The notes under the pieces are model-generated. The model did no database searches and was not told the origin of the DNA. It saw only the letters and a program-made list of their open reading frames with translations. This document shows, piece after piece, positions 1 through 9,659 of a DNA stretch of 64,000 bases (positions are counted from its first letter, which is position 1; each line of letters opens with the position of its first letter). The DNA is taken from the NCBI GenBank assembly GCA_963715195.1, contig CAVQRT010000002.1:32001-96000 (forward strand), in the 5' to 3' direction. The stretch comes from Thermodesulfovibrionales bacterium. Lineage in GTDB: Bacteria; Nitrospirota; Thermodesulfovibrionia; Thermodesulfovibrionales; SM23-35. The position numbers and the translations under genes are program-made.

Positions 1-15
1 TGGTATAATCAATTC
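1..15 (+). promoter_or_regulatory. Extended -10 promoter (TGgTATAAT) 6 nt before the ATG; probable leaderless transcript
   Basis: tggtataat-caattc-ATG(16); no Shine-Dalgarno in the spacer. Confidence 0.6.
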
Positions 16-909
16 ATGTACGTCTATGTAAACGGTGAGATTCTCCATGCAAAAGAGGCGGTAATCTCGGTCTTCGACCACGGTTTCCTTTACGGTGACG
101 GCATATACGAGACATTACGGGTATATGACGGTGTTGTCTTCAAGCTTGATGAACATCTCACACGGCTTTTCCGTTCTGCCTCCCTGATCGGCCTTTCGAT
201 TCCCCCTGATATCAACCACCTGAAAATCGCCATGTACGAAACACTGATTGCCAACGCACTCAGGAATGCTTATGCACGAATAACTGTCTCCCGGGGAAAA
301 GGTTCCATCGGCCTTGATCCCGACCTCTGCCCTGAGCCGACAATCGTCATCTTTGCGCAGGATTTCACAGAATACCCGAAGGAATTCTACAAGAATGGCC
401 TGCACCTGATTATTCCCGAAACCAGGAGAAACTATAAAAAGGCGATTAATCCTCAAATTAAGTCACTAAATTTTCTCAATAATATTCTCGCGAAGATTGA
501 GGCAAAGAGGGAAAAAGCTCACGAGGCCGTCATGCTGAATGTAAACGGCTATCTTACTGAAGGCACGATCAGCAATATCTTCTTCTACAAGGACACGAAA
601 CTCTGCACCCCGTCACGTGATTGCGGAATCCTCGACGGGATAACGAGAGGTATGATTATCGACCTTTCCCGGAGAGAGGGCATTCAGGTGCGTGAAGGAC
701 GCTTCACGAAGAAAGATATCTATTCCGCCGGAGAAGTCTTCATAACGAATACGACCATGGAGATTATGCCGGTATCAAAGGTTGACACTCAGCATTTTGC
801 TGTAGGGGATATTGCGAAATTGCTGCGCGCACTCTATCAGCAGGAAGTGAAAGCCTATCTTGCGGAAGTAAAAGCAAAAGGTCCTTCCCTCTGGGCTGAA
901 AATGAGTAG
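16..909 (+). CDS. ilvE: PLP-dependent class IV aminotransferase (branched-chain amino acid aminotransferase / aminodeoxychorismate lyase family)
   Basis: Motifs DHGFLYGDGIYET, IKSLNFL (PLP lysine), EGTISNIF, ILDGITR. Confidence 0.8.
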   Translation: MYVYVNGEILHAKEAVISVFDHGFLYGDGIYETLRVYDGVVFKLDEHLTRLFRSASLIGLSIPPDINHLKIAMYETLIANALRNAYARITVSRGKGSIGLDPDLCPEPTIVIFAQDFTEYPKEFYKNGLHLIIPETRRNYKKAINPQIKSLNFLNNILAKIEAKREKAHEAVMLNVNGYLTEGTISNIFFYKDTKLCTPSRDCGILDGITRGMIIDLSRREGIQVREGRFTKKDIYSAGEVFITNTTMEIMPVSKVDTQHFAVGDIAKLLRALYQQEVKAYLAEVKAKGPSLWAENE

Positions 910-950
910 AGTCTGCTTATGCAATTAGTCAGTTAACGACATAAATTATA

Positions 951-1025
951 AAATCCCTCCTAACCTCCCTTTACCAAAGGGAGGAATAATCCCCTCTTTG
1001 GTAAAGAGGGGTGAGGGGAGATTTT
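951..1025. repeat. REP/BIME-like doublet of inverted palindromes between convergent genes
   Basis: Hairpins CCTCCCTTT-acc-AAAGGGAGG and CCCCTCTTT-ggt-AAAGAGGGG in inverted orientation, bounded by AAATC...GATTT. Confidence 0.65.
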
Positions 1026-1087
1026 TTGATCAATAGCGATTCATATTTAAGACATCAATAACTTCAAACCGATGCGGAAGCCCAGAA

Positions 1088-2302
1088 TTACAAATGCCTC
1101 TCGATGCGTGTTTTCTGCTCAATAATTTCATACATGAATTTCTCAGGATTTCTTCCAAAACACGTGCCAAGGCTCTCAAATATGGCAATCTCACTGATGT
1201 TCACTTCTCTCCGCTTTATGACTTCAGCAGTTGACTGGTAGTAAATTCTGTTGCCGTCAACATTCACAACCGTGTTCCCGGTTTTCCCTTCTAACAGGAG
1301 AAAGACCGCTGCAGCCCCTGCCTTGTAACCGAAATTCACGTCACGCGCAGAGGAATGACCTGAACGGACAAGATGGCCGGGTGTCACTTCCCGCACCTCC
1401 GGCGCCTCATACACGCCAGGGGCAAACATCCCTGTCTCCTGCATAAATTCCTTGACTGCCGGATCAGTCTTGAGCCGTTTTTCAAGCTGTTGCCGTACAT
1501 ATTTTCCTGACCCGGCAAGCTTTTTATGGCCAAAGGCGTCGGGTGGGATGGATTCATCGTACAGCATTTCACCATTGATGTTTCTGATTCCTTCTGCAAC
1601 GACAATGATATATGTTCCAGCCTTGACATCGCTCCGCTTAATGCGTGCAAAAAATGTGGTCTTCATATGCTCATAGAGAACGTCAAAATCAACCGGAATC
1701 TCAGGTATTAAGATGGCATCTGCCTCTGCACCGATTCCACCGCGAAAAGCGGTATGACCGACATACCTGCCAAACACCTCTATGACAAGAATCCTGTTGT
1801 GGCTCATGCCTGTTGTTTTGAGATCCCGGGCAAAAACAGCAATCCTGTTAATTGCGGAATCCCCGCCTACGCTGTAAGACTGGAGGTCAAGATCCATCGT
1901 CTTCGGAACATGAACGCAGGGGATACCCTGGGATGAGAGGTCGACCACAACACTTCCGGTATCATCACCCCCGCTTATTACAAGCGCGTCGATGTGAAAT
2001 TTTTTCAGTCCTTCCTTTATTCGTTCATATTTATGCGGATCTGCAATTTTGCTTATTTTTACGCGTGAATGCCCTGCTTCAGAGCCTGCCAGAGAGGCTT
2101 CTATCTTACTCACCCGCTCCGCGTTGAGAAATACCACTTCATTCATATTGGTCAGGTTATAAAGACCTGCATAGCCATGGGGGATAACAACTGATTCGAT
2201 ACCGAGGAAATATGCCTCTCTCGCTACTCCTTTAATGACCGCATTAAGACCCCCGCAATCTCCCCCGCTCGTTATAACGCCGATTCTCTTGATCGCTGGC
2301 AT
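1088..2302 (-). CDS. pfkA: 6-phosphofructokinase, probably PPi-dependent
   Basis: TSGGDCGGLN, GGDD and PKT motifs; start moved to ATG 2302 after GGAGG SD. Confidence 0.85.
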   Translation of the reverse strand: MPAIKRIGVITSGGDCGGLNAVIKGVAREAYFLGIESVVIPHGYAGLYNLTNMNEVVFLNAERVSKIEASLAGSEAGHSRVKISKIADPHKYERIKEGLKKFHIDALVISGGDDTGSVVVDLSSQGIPCVHVPKTMDLDLQSYSVGGDSAINRIAVFARDLKTTGMSHNRILVIEVFGRYVGHTAFRGGIGAEADAILIPEIPVDFDVLYEHMKTTFFARIKRSDVKAGTYIIVVAEGIRNINGEMLYDESIPPDAFGHKKLAGSGKYVRQQLEKRLKTDPAVKEFMQETGMFAPGVYEAPEVREVTPGHLVRSGHSSARDVNFGYKAGAAAVFLLLEGKTGNTVVNVDGNRIYYQSTAEVIKRREVNISEIAIFESLGTCFGRNPEKFMYEIIEQKTRIERHL

Positions 2303-2613
2303 ATCCATACCTCCTCGTATAGGTTTTATCCGATGTAACAATGCATCATGACGAATAATTGCTGATATTCTATCGATTTCATAGACTCCTTGCAATGTGC
2401 CCGAAAAAAGAAACATAAAATATTTGCATTTTTCTTTTTTTTTCTGTTATTATCACTTCCTAACAAAGCCTCATGTATTGGCAGCAGGTGCAGAATAACT
2501 CTCTCCCTTCCCAATACAGAGGCTCTTTTATACTGAATTTGGTTTTCTATGCAATCGAAATGTATTTGTCATAGAATCTATACCACTCCCCCCTATGCTG
2601 CCCGAAAACCTGT

Positions 2614-4536
2614 ATGCCTTCAGCAAAAACCCGTATGATTATCGAAGAAGTCATAGATTTCCTCAAAAAAATTCCCCCCTTCCAGTTCTTTGATGAAGCA
2701 AGCCTTAAAAACATTACGAGTGAAATATCTATGGATTTTTATCCGAAAGGAACAACTATCCAGTATCAGGGGGGGCCGGCTTCAGAGTATCTCCATATTA
2801 TCAAGAAAGGAGAAGTAAGGGTCTTCATAAAGAACGAAACTGACGAGGTGTTCGTTGATTACAGGGGAGAAGGTGATTTAATCGGCTATCTCCTTGTATT
2901 CGGTGGTGACAAAGCGAGGGCAACCGTCACTGCCATAGATGATACCATCTGCTATCTGATCAGAAGAGAGACAATACAGAATATTCTGAACGCCAATCCC
3001 AGCGTCAGGGAATTTTTTCATAAATCCTTTCTGACAAGATATCTTGACAGAACATTTAAGGAAATACAGAACAAGAATATAGCCTACGGAGGGGGCGATA
3101 AAATCCTCTTTACCATGCGCGTGGGAGAAATAGGATCGAAGGATGTGATAAAGGCATCAGAAAATATCACCATCCAGGAAGCTGCCGAGATTATGTCTAA
3201 TTACAGCATCAGCTCTCTAATCCTCGTTGATGCCCAGGACTTACCTTCCGGGATTATTACAGACAGAGACCTCAGGGACAAGGTTGTTTCAAAAGGAAGA
3301 GATTGTAACATTCCAGTAAAAGACATCATGAGCGTCCCTCGTGTCCGGGCAGATGTGAAGGATTATTGTTTCGAAGCAATCCTAAAGATGGTAAAACACA
3401 ACGTACATCATCTGCTCATCATGAAGGATGAAAAGTTAAAAGGAATCCTGACGAACCATGACCTTATGATGATTCAAGGCACTTCTCCCTTATCGATTGT
3501 TAGGGATATCGAAAGCCAGAATGTTATAGCCACACTGGTTCCTGTTTCTAAAAAAATTAATGATATGGTCGGGTTATTACTCAGTCAAGGTGCGAAAGCG
3601 AGCAGCATTACCCACATCATCAGTGAAATAAATGACAGACTTATAAGAAAAATACTCATGATAGCGGAAGAGCGCTTTGGAAAACCGCCAGTTCCTTATT
3701 GCTGGGTTGTTTTCGGGAGCGAGGGCCGTAAAGAGCAAACCTTTAAAACAGACCAGGATAACGCGCTCATTTATCATGATCCGACGGATCCTGAAATGGA
3801 AGAAGCGGCAAACAAATATTTCAGGGATTTCACGCTGTTTGCCCGAGATGGTTTGTTGAAATGCGGGTTCCCGTTATGCCCCGCAGATTTCATGGCGACG
3901 AATCCTATGTGGTGTCAACCTCTCCATATCTGGAGGAGTTATTTCACAAACTGGGTCTCTTCTCCGACCTCTGAAGCAGTATTGAACGCTGTCATATTCT
4001 CTGATCTCAGGGCAATCCATGGTGAAACGCGCCTTCTGGAATGGCTCAAAGATCACGCAATCGCCTTGCTCAGCGATAACCAGGTCTTCCTCGGTTATAT
4101 TGCCAACATGGCTATAAGAAATGTGCCCCCAATCGGCTTTCTGAAGACGCTCGTGGTCGAAAAGGGTGGCGAATACAAAGACCGGCTGGATCTCAAAACA
4201 AAGGGAATTGTTCCTTTGATTGACATCATTCGGCTTTTTGCATTAGAAAAAGGCTTCAGGGAGACTTCAACAGTCGAAAGAATCAACGCTCTGAAAGATA
4301 ACCATTCTATCGTCAGAGAATATGCGGATGAGCTTTTACACTCCTTCGAATTTATCATGTTACTAAAAATTCAAACTCAGTTTGAGCAATTGAGAGAAGG
4401 ACAGGATATCAACAATTTCATCCATTCTCATAAACTGAGCAATCTTGAAAAAAGGATAGCGAAAGAAACTTTTCAACTCATAGCTAAAATTCAGGACCTC
4501 ATCATTGAACAATATGATATCAGGCGTAATGACTAA
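2614..4536 (+). CDS. cNMP-binding / CBS-pair / DUF294 putative nucleotidyltransferase (copy 1)
   Basis: N-terminal cNMP fold (PPFQF...IIKKGEVRV), CBS pair (GIITDRDLR, GILTNHDL), NTase motif GSEGRKEQTFKTDQDNAL; start may be ATG 2635. Confidence 0.85.
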   Translation: MPSAKTRMIIEEVIDFLKKIPPFQFFDEASLKNITSEISMDFYPKGTTIQYQGGPASEYLHIIKKGEVRVFIKNETDEVFVDYRGEGDLIGYLLVFGGDKARATVTAIDDTICYLIRRETIQNILNANPSVREFFHKSFLTRYLDRTFKEIQNKNIAYGGGDKILFTMRVGEIGSKDVIKASENITIQEAAEIMSNYSISSLILVDAQDLPSGIITDRDLRDKVVSKGRDCNIPVKDIMSVPRVRADVKDYCFEAILKMVKHNVHHLLIMKDEKLKGILTNHDLMMIQGTSPLSIVRDIESQNVIATLVPVSKKINDMVGLLLSQGAKASSITHIISEINDRLIRKILMIAEERFGKPPVPYCWVVFGSEGRKEQTFKTDQDNALIYHDPTDPEMEEAANKYFRDFTLFARDGLLKCGFPLCPADFMATNPMWCQPLHIWRSYFTNWVSSPTSEAVLNAVIFSDLRAIHGETRLLEWLKDHAIALLSDNQVFLGYIANMAIRNVPPIGFLKTLVVEKGGEYKDRLDLKTKGIVPLIDIIRLFALEKGFRETSTVERINALKDNHSIVREYADELLHSFEFIMLLKIQTQFEQLREGQDINNFIHSHKLSNLEKRIAKETFQLIAKIQDLIIEQYDIRRND

Positions 4537-4623
4537 TTGCATGAGCAGGTTCGGGACCTTTTTTTGATACATTATGTGTATTATTGAAAACAATGATTCA
4601 TCTGAGGAGAGGGCACTAATACC

Positions 4624-6537
4624 TTGGTAGCGGAAGACACCATTAGATTTCTCAGGAAAATACCCCCTTTTCAGTTCCTTGATGACAGTATTCTCCAGCG
4701 TGTAAGCAGGAACGCAAGAAAAACTGTCTATCCAAAGGATACCATTATTCTCCAGCAGGATGGACAGCCAAGTGAATACCTCCGCGTGATCAGGAAAGGC
4801 GGAGTAAAAGTATACAGGACCACTGAAACCGGAGAGGAAATCGTCATTGACTTTCGGGGCGAGGGGGATACATTCGGTTTTCTCTCCCTTATTGGCAAAG
4901 ATAAGGCAAAAGCAAATATTATTGCCACAGAGGATACTGTCTGTTACCTCTTGGATAAAGAAACGGTTAAAAGCCTTATCGAGACAAGTTCGATTTTTAC
5001 TGAATATTTCCTGAAATCTCATCTCGCAAAATACATTGACAAGTCATTCGGTGGAAAAGAGAATAAATCTCTTCTTTTTGGATCCGCTGACAGCATTCTA
5101 TTCAAGACTCGTGTGGATGATATCGGGCTGAAGGACATCATCACAGTAGAGGAGTTCAGGACAATAAAGGAGTCTGCAAAGATTATGTCTCAGAATAAGA
5201 TCAGCTCCCTGATCATCATAAACGGTGAACAACAGCCTTCAGGAATCGTTACCGACAGAGACCTGAGGGAAAAAGTCGTTGCTGCCGGCAGGGATGTGTC
5301 AGAACCGATACGTAATATCATGACCAGTCCACTCATACGGGTTGATACCTCAGATTTCTGTTTCGAGGCGGTCATGAAAATGATCAAAAATAATATCCAC
5401 CATATTGTTGTGATGGAAAAAGGGTTTCTGAAGGGCATCCTCACAAATCACGACATTCATGGTTCTACAGGGCACCTCCCCGTTATCTGTTGTCAGGGAT
5501 ATTGAAGCGCAGAATACCATTGAAGGGCTCATCCCGGAGTCCGGGAATATCAATAAAATTATTGCTCTCCTTTTGAAGGAGGGGGCAAAAGCGAGCAACA
5601 TCACCGGTATCATCACAGAAATCAACGACAGGCTCCTCAAAAAAATTCTCGCAATTTCAGAGAATAAATTCGGACCCCCTCCCGTTCCGTATTGCTGGAT
5701 TGTATTCGGCAGTGAAGGCAGAAAAGAACAGACGTATAGAACAGACCAGGATAATGCCATCATTTACATCTGATCCGGTCACAGAAGACCAAAAAGAAGC
5801 TGCGAGGGAGTACTTTCATAAATTTTCAGAATTCGCCAGGGATGCCTTGTTGCAATGCGGGTTCCCTTTATGTCATGGAAATTACATGGCATCTAATCCA
5901 ACATGGCGACAGCCGCTGAACGTCTGGAAGGACTATTTTTCTCAATGGATATCCACTCCGACACCCGATGCGGTACTCGCTTCCTGCATCCTTTTTGACT
6001 TCAGGCCGGTATATGGGGATTCCTACCCTTGCTGAGCATCTCAGAGAACACCTTCAGACCAAGTTGAAAAATCAGGATATGTTCCTAAAACTCATGGCCC
6101 AGCTTACCATAAATCTACGCCCGCCCATAGGTTTGTTCAAGGGTTTTATTGTGGAAAAAACCGGGAAACACAAAAACAAGCTTAACCTCAAATTCACCTG
6201 TCTTGCTCCTCTCGTCAATATCGTGCGACTTTTCAGTCTCGAAACCTATATCCCTGAGACATCTACACTCGACAGACTCCACGCGTTGAAAGCAATACAC
6301 GCGATTGTTGGGGAATTCGGTGAGGAACTGGAGCATGCTTTTGAGTTTCTTACCATGCTTAAAATCCGTCATCAGCATGAACAGATACAACAGGGACAAG
6401 AACCGGATAACTTCATTAACCCGAAAGCCTTGAGCAATTTCGAACAGAAGGTATTCAAGGAATCCTGTCAGGCAATCTTTAAAATACAGGACATGATCAA
6501 TAAAAAGTATAATCCGGGAACAGGATCGATCTTATAA
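4624..6537 (+). CDS. cNMP-binding / CBS-pair / DUF294 putative nucleotidyltransferase (copy 2), split by three single-base frameshifts
   Basis: ORFs 4624-5505, 5459-5773, 5700-6035 and 5968-6537 are collinear with copy 1; +1 indels near 5456, 5768, 6020; motif GSEGRKEQTYRTDQDNA intact. Confidence 0.8.
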
Positions 6538-6538
6538 A

Positions 6539-7273
6539 ATGAGCAAACTCTTCACAGATTACAGAAATAAATTCTTTCAGGGTGCGATGAAGAAACAGGA
6601 TTTACCCCCTTCTGTCCTGAAGCATCTGTCAGTTACTGAACATATCAGGAGAGACGTCGACCCACGAGAGGCAGTCTACGTCGTATTTGATACAGAGCTT
6701 ACCGGTCTGAATCCCAAAAAAGATTCAATTGTTTCCATCGGAGCCCTGAAAGTATTCGGAACAAAAATCGATATCGGCAATCCATATTACAGAATTGTTG
6801 AACCGCAGTCCAAGCTGACCGGTCAGAGCGTTGTCATTCATGGCATCACACCATCAGAGGCTTCAGAATGTCCCAAAATTGATAAACTCCTCCCTGAGTT
6901 CCTGGACTTTTGTGGAAGCGGAATTATCGTTGGTCATTTTGTATCTATTGATCTCGCCTTTCTCAATAAAGAGATGACAAGGCTGTTCGGGTTGACGCTT
7001 CAGAATCCTTCTGTTGACACATGCGTGCTCTATCAATGGGTGAGAAAACGGGAAGAAAATATCTGTGCCTTCCACGATGGCATTAAGGAAAATGTTGATT
7101 TAATGACCCTTGCGCAGAAATATTCCATACCGGTTTTTGACGCACACAATGCCCTGAATGATGCCTTTATCACTGCGCAGCTGCTTCAACGGCTCATCGC
7201 AAACCTTCATCGCTTCAATATCAACACTGTCGAGGACCTCCTCAGAATTGGGAAGCCTCGCAAGAAAAAATAG
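6539..7273 (+). CDS. DEDDh 3'-5' exonuclease (DNA Pol III epsilon-like family)
   Basis: ExoI VVFDTELTG, ExoII H..IDLAFL, ExoIII HNALNDA; starts 2 nt after the upstream stop. Confidence 0.85.
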   Translation: MSKLFTDYRNKFFQGAMKKQDLPPSVLKHLSVTEHIRRDVDPREAVYVVFDTELTGLNPKKDSIVSIGALKVFGTKIDIGNPYYRIVEPQSKLTGQSVVIHGITPSEASECPKIDKLLPEFLDFCGSGIIVGHFVSIDLAFLNKEMTRLFGLTLQNPSVDTCVLYQWVRKREENICAFHDGIKENVDLMTLAQKYSIPVFDAHNALNDAFITAQLLQRLIANLHRFNINTVEDLLRIGKPRKKK

Positions 7274-7355
7274 GGAAAAGGAGGTGGTAGGATAAGGGAA
7301 AAACAGGGGAACGCGTCCTCTTTGAGGATGCTGATCTTTTTCGGAGGAGGCATAT

Positions 7356-7616
7356 ATGGTAGCAAAAGAAACATATGAGGCTTACTGGAAACAGAATCTG
7401 ACCTACATTGTGATTCTTCTTTCCATTTGGTTTGCCGTATCATATCTATGCGGGATCATGCTGGCTGACCAGCTCGATAACATCAGATTTTTCGGATTTC
7501 CGCTCGGTTTCTGGTTTGCAAACCAGGGGTCTGAGGTAACATTTGTGATCCTCATCGCAGTATATGTGAAGTTAATGAATGCACTCGATATCAAATACGA
7601 CGTCCATGAAAAATGA
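7356..7616 (+). CDS. DUF4212-type small membrane subunit of a solute:sodium symporter
   Basis: YWKQNL...IWFAVSY...GFPLGFWFANQGS; two TM helices; GGAGG SD; directly upstream of the symporter. Confidence 0.8.
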   Translation: MVAKETYEAYWKQNLTYIVILLSIWFAVSYLCGIMLADQLDNIRFFGFPLGFWFANQGSEVTFVILIAVYVKLMNALDIKYDVHEK

Positions 7617-7689
7617 GCAGGTAAGCAGGACTGAGTGATCCGCTGATGCAGATACGGATCATAATCTTAATGATTGAAAGGAGAAAAAC

Positions 7690-9474
7690 ATGAGTATAAT
7701 AACGTGGACGTGGATAATCGTTGGTGCAACATTTGCTTTATATATAGGGGTAGCATTCTGGGCTAAGGCAAGATCGACCGGCGAATTCTATGTCGCAGCG
7801 AAACAGGTCCACCCGGTACTTAATGGAATGGCCACCGGTGCAGACTGGATGTCTGCGGCCTCATTCATTTCAATGGCAGGGTTGATATCCTTCCTCGGGA
7901 GGGACGGCGCCATGTATCTCATGGGCTGGACAGGCGGCTATGTCCTACTTGCCATGCTCCTGGCACCCTATCTCAGAAAATACGGGAAATACACCGTGCC
8001 GATGTTCGTCGGTGAACGGTACTATTCACAGGCCGCCCGCGTTGTCGCCGTCATCTGTGCCATTTTTGTCTCGTTCACCTATGTTGCGGGACAGATGCGC
8101 GGTGTCGGTGTTGTCTTCTCACGTTTCCTGGAAGTCCCCATTAATACAGGCGTCCTTATCGGCATGGGAATCGTGTTCTTCTATGCCGTGCTGGGAGGAA
8201 TGAAGGGAATCACCTACACGCAGGTCGCCCAATACTGTGTTTTGATAACCGCATACCTCATCCCGGCTATTTTTATATCAATAATGCTTACCGGGAACCC
8301 GATTCCTCAGTTCGGCTACGGGAGCACGTTAAGTGAAAACGGCATGCAACTTTTGAATACAAGCGGTGGGTATCTCCTGGATAAACTCAACGAGGTCCAG
8401 AAAGACCTGGGCTTTCCCGCATATACCGGGCGGGGCTCAAAGAGTATGATCGACGTGTTTATGATTACTTTCGCACTTATGGTAGGAACAGCTGGCCTTC
8501 CCCACATCATCATTCGCTTCTTCACAACGCCCACCATCAGAGGGGCGCGTGCCTCAGCAGGATGGGCATTGCTCTTCATCGCTATTTTGTATACAACAGC
8601 CCCGGCAGTTGCCTCCTTTGCCAGACTCAACATGATTCACACCCTCAACAACAAGGCCTACGCTGAAGCCCCAAGCTGGTTCAAGAACTGGGAAAAAACA
8701 GGACTTGTCGCCTGGAAAGATAAGAATGGTGACGGCATGATACAGTATGCAAAGGGCGACGCATTTAAGGGGAAAATAGCTTTTGAAACAGGTGCCGTCG
8801 GTCCCTATGGCGAAAGGGTCGTGAAAACACCCATAAATGAGGAAAGCACCAGTGAGCTTTATATTGACAGGGACATCATGGTTCTGGCCAATCCTGAAAT
8901 TGCCAAGCTTCCTGCGTGGGTAGTAGCTTTAGTAGCAGCGGGAGGACTTGCCGCAGCACTCTCCACTGCTGCCGGACTTCTTCTGGTCATCGCTTCTGCC
9001 TTCTCCCACGACCTGATAAAGAATGTTATCGCCCCGAATACGTCTGAGAAGGGAGAGCTCATAGCGGCAAGGATCGCTGCTGGATTTGCGGTGACGGTTG
9101 CTGGTTATTTCGGCATCCATCCGCCGGGATTTGTTGCCCAAGTCGTTGCCTTCGCGTTCGGACTTGCAGCGTCATCGTTCTTCCCTATTATTATCATGGG
9201 AGTCTTCTGGAAAAGGACTACCAAGGAAGGAGCAATTCTGGGAATGCTCAGCGGTATCATCTTTACCGCCGCTTATATCATCTATTTCAAATTTGTCAAT
9301 CCTGACATGAATAAGGCTCAATACTGGCTCTGGGGAATTTCTCCTGAAGGTATCGGAACAATCGGGATGCTCATCAATTTTGTCGTTACGTTCGTAGTAT
9401 CCAAAATAACAAAGGAGCCTCCGAAGGCGGTTCAGGATATGGTTGCAAGCCTGCGCTATCCGAGAGAGATTTAA
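7690..9474 (+). CDS. actP: Cation/acetate symporter, sodium:solute symporter family (ActP / VC_2705-like)
   Basis: NGMATGADWMSAASF, GTAGLPHIIIRFFT, AAALSTAAGLLL; adjacent to acs. Confidence 0.8.
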   Translation: MSIITWTWIIVGATFALYIGVAFWAKARSTGEFYVAAKQVHPVLNGMATGADWMSAASFISMAGLISFLGRDGAMYLMGWTGGYVLLAMLLAPYLRKYGKYTVPMFVGERYYSQAARVVAVICAIFVSFTYVAGQMRGVGVVFSRFLEVPINTGVLIGMGIVFFYAVLGGMKGITYTQVAQYCVLITAYLIPAIFISIMLTGNPIPQFGYGSTLSENGMQLLNTSGGYLLDKLNEVQKDLGFPAYTGRGSKSMIDVFMITFALMVGTAGLPHIIIRFFTTPTIRGARASAGWALLFIAILYTTAPAVASFARLNMIHTLNNKAYAEAPSWFKNWEKTGLVAWKDKNGDGMIQYAKGDAFKGKIAFETGAVGPYGERVVKTPINEESTSELYIDRDIMVLANPEIAKLPAWVVALVAAGGLAAALSTAAGLLLVIASAFSHDLIKNVIAPNTSEKGELIAARIAAGFAVTVAGYFGIHPPGFVAQVVAFAFGLAASSFFPIIIMGVFWKRTTKEGAILGMLSGIIFTAAYIIYFKFVNPDMNKAQYWLWGISPEGIGTIGMLINFVVTFVVSKITKEPPKAVQDMVASLRYPREI

Positions 9475-9482
9475 TCCTTTCC

Positions 9483-9515
9483 GACAGGGAGGATCTTTTT
9501 CAGGTCCTCCCTGTC
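9483..9515 (+). terminator. Stem-loop after the symporter gene (terminator or mRNA stabiliser)
   Basis: GACAGGGAGGA / TCCTCCCTGTC 11-bp stem; no U-tract. Confidence 0.45.
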
Positions 9516-9659
9516 AGGAGAAAAGATGAAAACATGTATAATAGAGACGCCTCTTGAAGAAATCATGAAGACAAGCAGGATAAGCCACGGTGAGACAGTA
9601 TTGCAAATTTCACCTGTTGATTCTTCTCACCAAACTCAGGAAAGGAGGAGTTACCGATA

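Noticed and set aside
2478..2492. TGGCAGCAGGTGC as a sigma54 promoter for the acetate locus
   Set aside because: GG-GC spacing is 8 nt rather than the required 10
6539..7273. True dnaQ, or a CRISPR/defence-associated DEDDh nuclease
   Set aside because: Context is the DUF294-symporter locus; no cas genes or repeat-spacer array anywhere in the window
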